A stretch of DNA of 32,000 bases from an uncultured archaeon (GCA_964354495.1 CAYHAA010000001.1:645010-677009), one strand, 5' to 3'. Counted from the first letter of the stretch, positions 1-9,389 are shown. Made by a program: numbers and translations. Notes: generated from the letters alone by a model not told the origin.

Positions 1-68
1 AACTACAGAATCACAATGAAAGGAAGCATGGCCCTTCGTCAGACTGAGGGTACGGAGGGTGCAATTGC

Positions 69-2261
69 ATGACCGTAGTTTCGGATGTGACATCACTGGT
101 CACAAAGCTACTCAGTCAGGCTGGGATGAAACCCCGGGGTGTTCAAACCGAGGCAATCAACAGAGGTCTCTTGGAGGGAGAGAGCATCATGGTTTCCTCT
201 CCGACAGGCTCTGGCAAGACATTCTGCGGCGAGATTGCGCTTCTGAGAGCAGTTGCCTCCGGAAAGAAAGGGCTGTTTCTCGTACCACTACGAGCTCTTG
301 CAGTTCAGGTATTCAGAACGGTGAAAGAAAGATACGAGCACTTGGGCGTCTCAATTGGGCTGAGCACTGGTGATTTTCAAAACAATGGAGATGGACTTGC
401 TGAGAATGATATTATCATCACGACGTACGAACGTGCAGATTCACTCTTACGAAGCAAAAGTAGTTGTCTCTCTGAGGTCGGCACGATTGTCATCGACGAA
501 ATTCAAACGCTCTCTGAGGTCGGCCGTGGAGCTCGCCTAGAGAGCTTTATTATTCGGGCAAAGCGAACCATCCAAGACCTTCAGATTGTGGCATTATCCG
601 CAACAACAGGAGCTCCCGAGGAACTTGCAGAGTGGCTGGGATGTCATCTTGTGATCTCAGACGAACGACCTGTTCCTCTTGTGTATCGAATAGTTACAGC
701 GAGTGACAAGATTCTCACGATCAAGCATCTAGTGATGACCACAGTTCAAGGGAATGGGCAGGCAATCATCTTTCACCGGACTCGTCGGGAAGCTGAAGCA
801 GAAGCTAGACGACTCGCTGATGATGTGGGGCGCCAGTTCACTTCTGATGAGAAGACGCGCCTTGATCACGAGCTGAACTCTGTTGAGAATTGGCATGTGC
901 CCCTCTCTTCAGATCTTAGAGTCCTTCTACACAATGGTATTGCATTTCATCATGCAGGTCTTGGCTTCAATGGTCGTCGAATTGTAGAGCGATTGTTCGA
1001 TAAAGGAATGGTCCGCGTCATATGTGCAACGACAACATTGGCAGCCGGAATGGACCTGCCAGCTAGAACCGTGATACTCTCCAACTTCAGGTCTCCTGCT
1101 GACCACAGAAAATTCCTGTCAGCAAACACAGTCCACCAGATGTTGGGGAGGGCGGGTCGTCCTACTCGTGACAAGATAGGATTCGGAATAATCATTGGAA
1201 ACAGCACAGGTGAGAGTGAGGAGGCAAAACGCCGGTACTTCGAAGTCACCGAAGATGCAACATCAGGAAAGGAAGTTCTATCACCCAAGTATGATCGTGT
1301 CAACAGTGCACTTGCCCACCCTGACACTCTTGCTGAGCAGCTTCTTGTTGCTCTCGACATGATGTCCTCGGCATCCATTGAAGACATCGAGAATGGCTTG
1401 CTTGGTGAATCCTTCTTGGTCTTCTGCGCAATTCGAGACTCAAAGGCTCCAATGAGGGTCTTTCAGCTAGGCGAAATCTCGGCGGCTTCAGTCTTGGAGC
1501 AGCATGCTCTCCCTGAGACCATTCAGACTGCGCGTAAGGATTTGCTCGGTAAGACATCACTTCGTGAGAAGAACGAAACCGTAATTGGCGGGATTGTTAC
1601 GACGCTTGATGGAGGGCAATTCACATGTCGTTTCTCGGTACGTCTTTCGTCATCGGGTGTTGTTGAAGGTCCCATGTGCTCGTGTGGCTCACCCTTGTCT
1701 GAGAGCGGCATTCTGTGCTATCATCTGGTGACTCTAGGAATGGCTGCTGCCAGGAACTTGGGCAATCTGGCTGACTACGTCATTCCTCTCTCACTCTCTG
1801 AATCGAGCCCTCTGGGTCTGTTGATACGCCTTGGACTCGTCGAGGGTGATATTAGTGGAAAGATTAGACCTACACGTCTTGGTCGTGCCGTGAGTAGACT
1901 CTATCTGCGCATTCCCACGGTTCGAGAGACCCTTGCAATGCTCCCCTCGACTGAGGACGTTAAGTCGCTCTTATGGCTCTTGAGGCACGCTGTTTCAATT
2001 GAAACTGGGATGTCACTCGACGACGGATTTGACAATTTGATCAGCTATCTTGTGACCACTGATATGTCGATAGAGGACTTGGCGCAGCAGTTTGAATTAA
2101 GCATTGGCGATGTCTGTGGCTTGCTGGACACTTCTAGGTGGCTTCTGCACGCCATTTCTGTTTTAGCTGAATTGGGATGCCTTGAGAAGGCCACTGAGAT
2201 AGCTCAGGGTCTTCGTGAGGCATTGGATCGACGACTGATAAACAATGTAGAGGAGGACTAA
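69..2261 (+). CDS. Hel308/Ski2-like SF2 helicase with internal SWIM zinc finger (730 aa)
   Basis: Motifs: I SPTGSGKT, Ia LVPLRALA, II DEIQ, III SAT, IV IFHRTRREAE, V ATTTLAAGMDLP, VI QMLGRAGR. Hel308-like winged-helix end (LIRLGLVE...RPTRLGRAVSRLYL). CSCG-x8-LCYH fits SWIM CxC-xn-CxH. Confidence 0.92.
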   Translation: MTVVSDVTSLVTKLLSQAGMKPRGVQTEAINRGLLEGESIMVSSPTGSGKTFCGEIALLRAVASGKKGLFLVPLRALAVQVFRTVKERYEHLGVSIGLSTGDFQNNGDGLAENDIIITTYERADSLLRSKSSCLSEVGTIVIDEIQTLSEVGRGARLESFIIRAKRTIQDLQIVALSATTGAPEELAEWLGCHLVISDERPVPLVYRIVTASDKILTIKHLVMTTVQGNGQAIIFHRTRREAEAEARRLADDVGRQFTSDEKTRLDHELNSVENWHVPLSSDLRVLLHNGIAFHHAGLGFNGRRIVERLFDKGMVRVICATTTLAAGMDLPARTVILSNFRSPADHRKFLSANTVHQMLGRAGRPTRDKIGFGIIIGNSTGESEEAKRRYFEVTEDATSGKEVLSPKYDRVNSALAHPDTLAEQLLVALDMMSSASIEDIENGLLGESFLVFCAIRDSKAPMRVFQLGEISAASVLEQHALPETIQTARKDLLGKTSLREKNETVIGGIVTTLDGGQFTCRFSVRLSSSGVVEGPMCSCGSPLSESGILCYHLVTLGMAAARNLGNLADYVIPLSLSESSPLGLLIRLGLVEGDISGKIRPTRLGRAVSRLYLRIPTVRETLAMLPSTEDVKSLLWLLRHAVSIETGMSLDDGFDNLISYLVTTDMSIEDLAQQFELSIGDVCGLLDTSRWLLHAISVLAELGCLEKATEIAQGLREALDRRLINNVEED

Positions 2262-2266
2262 CAATT

Positions 2267-3955
2267 TTGGATACTCATCTGATTGACGCGAATGAGATTG
2301 ATGAAGAAATAACGGAAAAAGGATCGACCGTGAGTCCAAGTGAAGCTGACGTATCAGAAACCTTGAAACTCACCGGTCATATCACAACAGACTATCCAAA
2401 TGGATTGACACTAGGGGTCAAGCTCGAATCTGTTCCAGGAACTCGAGGCGTGCACGCCGACGTTGTATATGCCTTGGATTTGCGACGAGCTACATTTGGA
2501 AAGGGCGGACTTGCCATCCGAGCTGCAGTGCTAGAGACCATAAGTCGAGACCTCGACAAGGTCCTAAATGATGTTGGACTGGGCGAACTTCTTCGTGAAC
2601 GTGCAGTCCTGACTCCATGGGGTCACATGCGATTGCCGTTGTTGCAGGGTGCGTCGCATGGGTCTCTGTCCCTGATGCATGAAACTCGGACCGTGTATGT
2701 CATCGTTGAGAACGCAAAGCCTACGTTTGACCTCACCTGGCTTACAGAGGCCGGCAGAATTGTAGCTGCTGACCAGTTCGCTCTTATCAGTCAGAGTGAT
2801 TCTCGGTCGAAGCTCTCAGATCTGAGGAAGAGCGTTGGGGGCGAAAAGTGGCAGCTTCTTGAAATGGGCTTGACAAAGGGATGGTTCGGTGTCCTTGCCC
2901 TGCTCTCGTTCATGATAGGTCTGTCGACATCATTCACTATACTCTTGGCAGGTTCGAGTTCGCTCATCATACCCGTACTAGTAAGTCTCGCATCTGGTGT
3001 TGTGAGCGGGTGGCTGCTACGCTCGTCGAGAACCTGCGTTTCAGCGTTTCAGGAAACACTGGCCAAGGAACGTGAGCGTCTTTGTGAGTTGGGCGACACA
3101 ACTCGAATAACGCGCTCTATTGCGGAAAACGAGGACAGGCTTCAACTCATTGCTGATCTCAACTTCATAGTTTCGCCTCTTATGGCAGCTGTGGGTACGG
3201 CCATCAGCAACGGTGACGTTGATGCAACAGTCAGTGTTGCCTGTTCTATTCTTGATGAATGTGTCAGATTGGCTCCCAGACCCTCTGAGTCATCTCCTGT
3301 GATTCGTGGAGACGATGGCTTGCGCCATTTCATAGGGTTATTCGAGTATCTAGGAGGAAACATCGAGGAGGCGAGTCTTGCACTCGCATATGTTGGCCTC
3401 ACAGGACACCTGACTAAACGAATAACATTAGGTGAAGCAGTTGCACACCTGACGCAGCTGAACAACGCCCTTTATGACATTGGTGCACTCAGACCCAATA
3501 TCAAAGAAGCTTTGGACGACCACCTTAACATGATAGGTTTCAAAGAGACGGTGGATGAGATAGATAAGGAGATTAGGAGTGCAGAGGAGCCCACCCCTGC
3601 GTCAAGGGCAAAAACTGATGAAGAGGGCGTTCGCGACGAGCTGCAACCGGAAGAAGCAGCGCATCTGAAGCGTTTCGACAGCCTCACTGAGGATGACGAA
3701 CTTCATGATCAGATTCGACAAGCCTCTGTAGAGGTATCTCCAGATGATGAACCAGTTGCTTTGGTTGATTCTGGTACTAAGATATCTGACTCGACTGAGG
3801 AAGTGACCATTGTCGCTACTGACATTATTGCTGGGAGGATGAAGAAACAGAAGAGTGAACCTGCCGAACCAGCACAGCTTCTCCTAATTGAGGACTTTGA
3901 GTGTATGAAATCAAGCAGTGAAGCAAAAGAGGAGCGTGGATCTGCTGGCGTCTAG
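2267..3955 (+). CDS. Hypothetical membrane protein (562 aa): central hydrophobic hairpin, acidic C-terminal tail
   Basis: Long ORF with TTG start 5 nt after the helicase stop. Two hydrophobic segments (WFGVLALLSFMIGLSTSFTILLAG; LIIPVLVSLASGVVSGWLL). E/D-rich C-terminus. No family recognised. Confidence 0.8.
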   Translation: MDTHLIDANEIDEEITEKGSTVSPSEADVSETLKLTGHITTDYPNGLTLGVKLESVPGTRGVHADVVYALDLRRATFGKGGLAIRAAVLETISRDLDKVLNDVGLGELLRERAVLTPWGHMRLPLLQGASHGSLSLMHETRTVYVIVENAKPTFDLTWLTEAGRIVAADQFALISQSDSRSKLSDLRKSVGGEKWQLLEMGLTKGWFGVLALLSFMIGLSTSFTILLAGSSSLIIPVLVSLASGVVSGWLLRSSRTCVSAFQETLAKERERLCELGDTTRITRSIAENEDRLQLIADLNFIVSPLMAAVGTAISNGDVDATVSVACSILDECVRLAPRPSESSPVIRGDDGLRHFIGLFEYLGGNIEEASLALAYVGLTGHLTKRITLGEAVAHLTQLNNALYDIGALRPNIKEALDDHLNMIGFKETVDEIDKEIRSAEEPTPASRAKTDEEGVRDELQPEEAAHLKRFDSLTEDDELHDQIRQASVEVSPDDEPVALVDSGTKISDSTEEVTIVATDIIAGRMKKQKSEPAEPAQLLLIEDFECMKSSSEAKEERGSAGV

Positions 3956-4631
3956 TGGACCGTTGATGGACGCGCTCGGTCTTAGAGGCCTGATTCACCT
4001 GTGGGGAGATGCAGGGTCGGGCAAGACACTTTTCGCTGTTGCGCTTGCCTGCGATGTTTCAAGGAATCATCGTGTTGAATGGATCAATACCGATGCGAAG
4101 AGGAGTTTCATTTCTCATCTCAAGAAGAATGCTGTTGCATCAGGTGGCAAAACGGAGAATATTGCAGTCACATTCACGGAGGACCATACAGAGCTATGTA
4201 CGCTCATCGAAGGACTACCGAGTGCGATTGCTGATGTTTCTCTGGTTATTATTGATCCGATCACACGAGTCCTTGACCTGGCTCGGCATAATCCAGTCTT
4301 GTGGGGTCGTGAGATCATCGAGGACGTGTTACCGACACTGACAGGTATTGTGACTCAAAACAACATCGATATCATCATCACTAGCGAAAGCCGCATGATG
4401 CAGGACTCAACTAATCATGCAGTCCATCACAACTCGATATCAAGATGGGCTGACCATGATCTCTGCATGACCCGCAGCACAGACAAGCCCTATTCGCAGG
4501 TATCAAGATTTTCAGAGGATGGAATGAAGGAACTTGCTTCGATGCGGATAGACAATCGAGGAGTGATTGAAGTCGTACCACAGATGGTTCTGCCGACTGC
4601 ATCAAGAGGGGTGAACGAACTTGTTTGGTAA
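3918..4631 (+). CDS. RecA/RadA-superfamily ATPase, RadB-like paralog (~230 aa)
   Basis: Walker A GDAGSGKT, WINTD, Walker B LVIIDP, IIITSE strand. No N-terminal HhH domain. True start may be GTG 3936 (after AGAGGAG) or ATG 3966. Confidence 0.85.
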   Translation: MKQKRSVDLLASSGPLMDALGLRGLIHLWGDAGSGKTLFAVALACDVSRNHRVEWINTDAKRSFISHLKKNAVASGGKTENIAVTFTEDHTELCTLIEGLPSAIADVSLVIIDPITRVLDLARHNPVLWGREIIEDVLPTLTGIVTQNNIDIIITSESRMMQDSTNHAVHHNSISRWADHDLCMTRSTDKPYSQVSRFSEDGMKELASMRIDNRGVIEVVPQMVLPTASRGVNELVW

Positions 4632-5589
4632 TGTTCTGACGAAGATGATTGTGCTAGTCGTGGGTGGAGCGATAGTTCTCGCTACCGGAGCTGAGTTACT
4701 AGCATCGGTGGTTTCCGTGGTACTAGCGTTTCGATTTGGTAACTTCGTACCGCTTCTCGCTGTAGCTGTGTTGACAATTGTCATACAGATAGTTACCAAT
4801 CATGCTTCCCATGATTCTCGAGGTTTCATCGTCATTAAGACGCTAGCGTATGCCATCACTGGCTACCTTGCTTTGACTGTCTTCCTGATAGCTTTTCCCT
4901 ACGGTCTGATTATATCTATTCTGACAAGTGGAGCGGTGTGTGTGTTATCATCGGCATTTCGTAAACAGAAGCTAGGCATATACTGGACGAAAGTCAAACA
5001 GTCACTCAGTCACTCACAGAACGGACTTCACGGACTGGCCAATAGGCAAGTCCCTGTGGGCGATGGGACTTCCTTCAAGCTGAATTCGTTCCATACCATA
5101 GTGATTCTGGAGGAAGGCGTCAGAGAGAAGATTGTTCAATTGCTACGAGAACGTCCGCTCTTGCCAGTTTCGTTCACACACTACGAAGACTGTGATGTCA
5201 TATTCATCGCTGATGAAAACGATCCTGTACGATATGAACATGTCATGAAGCTTCTGAAGGACTCGAGTATCGGAGTAAAGGGCCCTGCGTCACCATTGCT
5301 TGCAGAGGCTGTGCAGATGGTTCCTATACTTGATTCTCGGAATGGCCTGAAGTTCGAGGACTACCGGCTTGCTCGTGATGAGAAGACAATCTGCAGCTTG
5401 CTTGCTCAGGCGCCATCGCGTCTGACGGTCTTTCCTTCACCCCTCGGGCTTGGCGTACTAATTCCCGCCATGGAGGCTCTAGGAATGAATGTAGAACGCC
5501 TCAAACGAGGATGTGAAGCTGATATCCTACTAAATCGAGAACACTCGCATCTTGAGGAGGTCGAAGAACCTATTGAGGGCACCGCTTGA
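4621..5589 (+). CDS. Hypothetical membrane protein (322 aa): about four N-terminal TM segments plus soluble C-terminal domain
   Basis: TTG start preceded by GGGGTGA, overlapping the upstream gene by 11 nt. The first ~110 aa are strongly hydrophobic. Confidence 0.8.
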   Translation: MFGNVLTKMIVLVVGGAIVLATGAELLASVVSVVLAFRFGNFVPLLAVAVLTIVIQIVTNHASHDSRGFIVIKTLAYAITGYLALTVFLIAFPYGLIISILTSGAVCVLSSAFRKQKLGIYWTKVKQSLSHSQNGLHGLANRQVPVGDGTSFKLNSFHTIVILEEGVREKIVQLLRERPLLPVSFTHYEDCDVIFIADENDPVRYEHVMKLLKDSSIGVKGPASPLLAEAVQMVPILDSRNGLKFEDYRLARDEKTICSLLAQAPSRLTVFPSPLGLGVLIPAMEALGMNVERLKRGCEADILLNREHSHLEEVEEPIEGTA

Positions 5590-6289
5590 GTCACTTGAAG
5601 CAACAACCGAACCATTGTTTCGAATACATCCTAGAATATTGAATGATAGTATAGGGAAGCTGTTTCTTCCTCAGCAGATTAGTCTCTTTCACGGACGAGA
5701 ACGTGCGCCGCTCAGCATACTCGCTCACGCAATGGGAGTCTCGGCAGCCAGGATTGAAAACGCAAGCTGTGCTTTCTTGGATTCAGGTACGAACTATATT
5801 CCAGCTCTGGTTCGAACACTCTGCGACTCAAAGAAAGAGTCGACAGAACTCCTGAAGAGAATCGTAGTTGGGCAGGTCTTCGGATTGGATGATGTTATTG
5901 AGAAAGTTCAGCTGCTCCATGATATGGGCAACATTTCTCTGATCGTTCTCGATAGTATTACTGGCGCCCTAAACCTATCAGGAGCTCCAGGCTGCATTGG
6001 TCGCCAGAGAACTCTCTTTGGCACTTTGGATGTCATTCGACGAGCAAACAATGACCTGAATTCCCACGTAATGATTACTGACCACTCGTCGCAAAACTGG
6101 ATATCTGGGGCGCCGACTCCCATCGGCGGGAATGTCCTGTCACATGCTGTAGACAGCGTTGTGCTCGTCGATAGACTGCGCCAAGGCGAGGAACTCGTCC
6201 GTATCCTGATTGAACGAAGCCCATCTCCATCAGCAGCTCCTGGCGTCATAGTCATGGCTGGACCGAAGGGAATCCGGAGTATCAGGTGA
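5552..6289 (+). CDS. RecA/RadA-fold paralog with degenerate Walker A (~240 aa)
   Basis: HGRERAPLS at the P-loop position (no GKT), FLDSGTNY, Walker B LIVLDSIT, and RadA-like PIGGNVLSHAVDSVVLV. Start uncertain (TTG 5552 or TTG 5573). Confidence 0.8.
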   Translation: MRRSKNLLRAPLESLEATTEPLFRIHPRILNDSIGKLFLPQQISLFHGRERAPLSILAHAMGVSAARIENASCAFLDSGTNYIPALVRTLCDSKKESTELLKRIVVGQVFGLDDVIEKVQLLHDMGNISLIVLDSITGALNLSGAPGCIGRQRTLFGTLDVIRRANNDLNSHVMITDHSSQNWISGAPTPIGGNVLSHAVDSVVLVDRLRQGEELVRILIERSPSPSAAPGVIVMAGPKGIRSIR

Positions 6290-7290
6290 ATTCAATGGGC
6301 GTGAAGAATTGGGGCGATGATGTCATTCCGTGGAAATGGACGTCAGCATCCTTAATCGCTCCTGGAGCAATCGCTATAGATGTTCCAAACTATCTCACTC
6401 GAAGACTTGTCGTGATGCGTGAGAAGAGGGAGCGAGAAGGAAGGTTACCCTTGAATCATGTTGGAATGTTTCTCAGCCTCCTCAAAGTTGCATTAGGTGC
6501 TCACGTTCTTCCCGTCTTCATCTTCGATGGTCCCCCAGAATCACGAAAACGCAGCCCGAATCCTGGACTAGTGGAGAAGGCTTCAACTCTCTACAAGAGA
6601 TTCCAACAGGAGCGGGACCCCTTCAACGAAGAAATGTCTGCTGAGCTTCGGAGAAGTCCTGCGCTCAGAGCATACTTTGCTGCCGCGCATTTGAAAGACC
6701 TCGGAAGTATCGTGGGCGTTCCAACGCTTACAGCACCTTCTGAGGCAGAGATGTTTGCAGCTGTTCTCTGTAGGGACGGTGCCGTAAAGACAGTTGTGTC
6801 AAATGATGCAGATGCTCTTCTCTTTGGGAGTCCTCATGTCACGAAACAGATACAGCTCTCATCGAATCGCATTCTCTCCGTTGCATTGAATGATTTTGAG
6901 AAGCATCTTGGCCTCGACATCGAGCTCCTCCGAGATCTTGCAGTCGTTTCAGGATGTGATTTTCATAAGAAGGGTGTTAGGGGTATTGGAGTGAAACGTG
7001 GAACGGTCCTTCTTCGCCGATATGGAGGTCTCGAAGGATTGCTCAAGGCTCACGGCTACTCCCATGCAGAGCGGAGTGAGTTCATCGAGGCGAGGGAAGT
7101 GTTTGATGAGGCTTCCTATATGTCTGCCAAGGATCTGTATCTGACTCTGAACCCTCCGCTTGTGTCCAAATTTGTTGGAGCTCTTGAGATTATCATGTCC
7201 TCGAAACATGCAGAAACAATCGCAAGCAGGATAGTTACCCTATGGCGCGGCTTTGACAACAGGCAGTCAACATTGGAGCAATGGCTCTAG
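6286..7290 (+). CDS. fen: FEN1/XPG (Rad2)-family structure-specific nuclease with C-terminal PIP box (334 aa)
   Basis: MGV start, IAID, FIFDG, APSEAE, SNDADALLFG, SGCDF, H3TH GVRGIGVK, and C-terminal QSTLEQWL matching the archaeal FEN1 PIP motif. GTGA overlap with the upstream gene. Confidence 0.88.
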   Translation: MNSMGVKNWGDDVIPWKWTSASLIAPGAIAIDVPNYLTRRLVVMREKREREGRLPLNHVGMFLSLLKVALGAHVLPVFIFDGPPESRKRSPNPGLVEKASTLYKRFQQERDPFNEEMSAELRRSPALRAYFAAAHLKDLGSIVGVPTLTAPSEAEMFAAVLCRDGAVKTVVSNDADALLFGSPHVTKQIQLSSNRILSVALNDFEKHLGLDIELLRDLAVVSGCDFHKKGVRGIGVKRGTVLLRRYGGLEGLLKAHGYSHAERSEFIEAREVFDEASYMSAKDLYLTLNPPLVSKFVGALEIIMSSKHAETIASRIVTLWRGFDNRQSTLEQWL

Positions 7291-9332
7291 AATCTCCTCT
7301 GTGCTGACCAGATGTCTTTCCATCTCTGGCTATCCCTGTTTCTTATCTGATGAAGGACTGACATTCTATATGTCTGCGATGACTTGAGTCGTGCGGTGAA
7401 GGAGCGATCAGATGCTTCCTCCATAATGTCACGCAGTATTCCGGCAACATGATCATTCTTCTTCGCGGGTACCTGTATGTGCGCAACTACGTCATTCGAG
7501 TTTCCGACCAACAATCTGACGAAGGGAAGTCGTCCGGTCATATCATCGATGAGAGAGTCTCTTGACCTTCTATCGTAGCAGTTTGCCACCGCCATCAGTC
7601 CATCAGGAAGCCCACAGAATTCTAATGCCGGGAAGTAGACTCGATTCAGCACATGGTCACTTATCATCTGATGAAGCAATCTATTTGCTGTCCGAATCGG
7701 GAAATCTACCTGGTCAAACAACCATTTCCTCTGCGTTTTGGAACCCTCGAATCTCCATAGAATACTGAGAAGCTCCGTCTGCCTCTCTGTCAACGAAAAC
7801 GGTTTGCTATCTATATGCAATGTGGAGTATTGAACGGTTCTCTTCTTATTCTTCTTCTTGGGTGAATCAATGTCTCCAATATTCTCAAGATTCCACTTTC
7901 CAGTTTGCACATTGAAGTAGTCCAAATTCATCGATATGATTTCATCCTCAACGACTGCTTCATGCGATCCTCTAGGTAGAGAAATGACCTCAGGTCCGTT
8001 GGTCAGGAACGGTTCAATATATACAGCGCAGCCACGGATTTTCTGCTCGGTCAAAATCATTCTCTCGACAAGTCCGTCATTGAGTATCTCTGACCTCTGA
8101 AGAGGCGTGAATATGTACCTATAACGAAGTCCAAGTTTTCGAAGCGATGGAATATAACGCTCGTGCAGTAGGTGTTCAAGCTTCTGTAGTGCATAGTAAG
8201 CTGTGCGCCCTCTGAACTGAGATACTTGCTCAAGATCCTTGGCGTTTAGGCTTCTGGAGATATTCCGTTTAGCAAGATTCATGCAAAGCCCTGTAAGAGG
8301 AGCGTATTTCAGCAAGTTGATCTCTCGACGGAATAGTTGCAGGAGCTTCTCATATTCGTTCGCTGCTGGTCCATCAGGTCTGAGCGCCAGGACATCCAAA
8401 CGAGTAGCTGATACAGAACGAACATCGATTTCTTCTTGGAGATGACCGCTAAATCCCTTCAGCATCGCCAGCTCATCAGAGATTTCTCTCCTGAGAGATG
8501 TCCTCAGTTTTTTGCTGTCAGAGTCTCTGGATTCAATTCTCCGATACCAGTCACTTATCTTTCTAGAGAGAGGATTTGGTTGTGCTATAGAGACATCCAG
8601 TTTCGGATCTTGACCAAGGGCTTCATTGATCAGCTCATCAGCTTGTTTCAATCTTGTAGCGAGGTCATCCCAAGAAAACTTGCCAGAATAGACACTTAGT
8701 GCACGGTCGAGGACTTCTATCTTGACCTCTTCCATCATATAGGACCATAGACTGTATAGCCATGGGACGCTCTGGTCAACAATCCGTGAGATGAAGTAGA
8801 CGCTTAGAATTGCGGCTGACAAGGAATCCAAGCCCGGCATCACTGCTGACCAATCTGCTGCACTCGGAACATGCTCTGTGACAATCCTGCTGAGAGCATA
8901 AGAGAAAGAGTTAGCCTCTTCTGACTCCTCTTTCTCCTCTGCCACTTCCGCACCTGTTCCCTCTTCTGTTTCCTCTTCTCCCATCTCTTCTTTAGCCTGT
9001 TTTCCAAAGCTCTTGGGCAACAGTGATTTGACTTGTTCTCTGAGGGTTCCTCCTGTGGGCTTGAGTGGCCTCATTCGAGTTGTTATCTCATCCATAACCT
9101 TTTCATAATTGAGAGGCTTGTTGAGTGACGCTGGCGTAACTGCGGTATCAGGAAGAGGCGACAGATGAAAGGTCTTCTCGAAAAGCGTTTCATCTAATCT
9201 GCCTGAGTCTGTTTTCCAAGAGGATGAGTCCATGATTATGTGCCTAAGTATATTCAGATCAGAAGTCCGCCTGCTTCTTTTCATCCACTCCAAGTAGCTC
9301 TGCTTTTTCTCAGTCAAGCTTGCATACATCAT
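7287..9332 (-). CDS. Large hypothetical protein (681 aa) with Lrp/AsnC-like (wHTH plus alpha/beta) units in the C-terminal half; paralog of 18841-20814
   Basis: YIPSLRKLGLRYRYI resembles the Lrp linker. A second HTH-like start (LTERQTELLSILW) is followed by YFPALEFCGL. An acidic low-complexity stretch lies in the N-terminal part. Domain call is by eye. Confidence 0.7.
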   Translation of the reverse strand: MMYASLTEKKQSYLEWMKRSRRTSDLNILRHIIMDSSSWKTDSGRLDETLFEKTFHLSPLPDTAVTPASLNKPLNYEKVMDEITTRMRPLKPTGGTLREQVKSLLPKSFGKQAKEEMGEEETEEGTGAEVAEEKEESEEANSFSYALSRIVTEHVPSAADWSAVMPGLDSLSAAILSVYFISRIVDQSVPWLYSLWSYMMEEVKIEVLDRALSVYSGKFSWDDLATRLKQADELINEALGQDPKLDVSIAQPNPLSRKISDWYRRIESRDSDSKKLRTSLRREISDELAMLKGFSGHLQEEIDVRSVSATRLDVLALRPDGPAANEYEKLLQLFRREINLLKYAPLTGLCMNLAKRNISRSLNAKDLEQVSQFRGRTAYYALQKLEHLLHERYIPSLRKLGLRYRYIFTPLQRSEILNDGLVERMILTEQKIRGCAVYIEPFLTNGPEVISLPRGSHEAVVEDEIISMNLDYFNVQTGKWNLENIGDIDSPKKKNKKRTVQYSTLHIDSKPFSLTERQTELLSILWRFEGSKTQRKWLFDQVDFPIRTANRLLHQMISDHVLNRVYFPALEFCGLPDGLMAVANCYDRRSRDSLIDDMTGRLPFVRLLVGNSNDVVAHIQVPAKKNDHVAGILRDIMEEASDRSFTARLKSSQTYRMSVLHQIRNRDSQRWKDIWSAQRRF

Positions 9333-9349
9333 CCGTTTTCGTTCTCTGT

Positions 9350-9389
9350 GCCGCTATTGAGAAGTATGTACGCTTTTGTAAATAGCGGC
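9350..9389. promoter_or_regulatory. 9-bp perfect inverted repeat GCCGCTATT-N22-AATAGCGGC in a divergent intergenic region
   Basis: Arms at 9350-9358 and 9381-9389, 18 nt from the start codon at 9332. The repeat is seen directly; function is inferred. Confidence 0.45.

Noticed and set aside
468-524. Exact 15-nt direct repeat CTCTCTGAGGTCGGC (LSEVG twice) flanking helicase motif II
   Set aside because: The frame and motif are intact, and there is no sign of an insertion or target-site duplication. Probably chance or an old micro-duplication.
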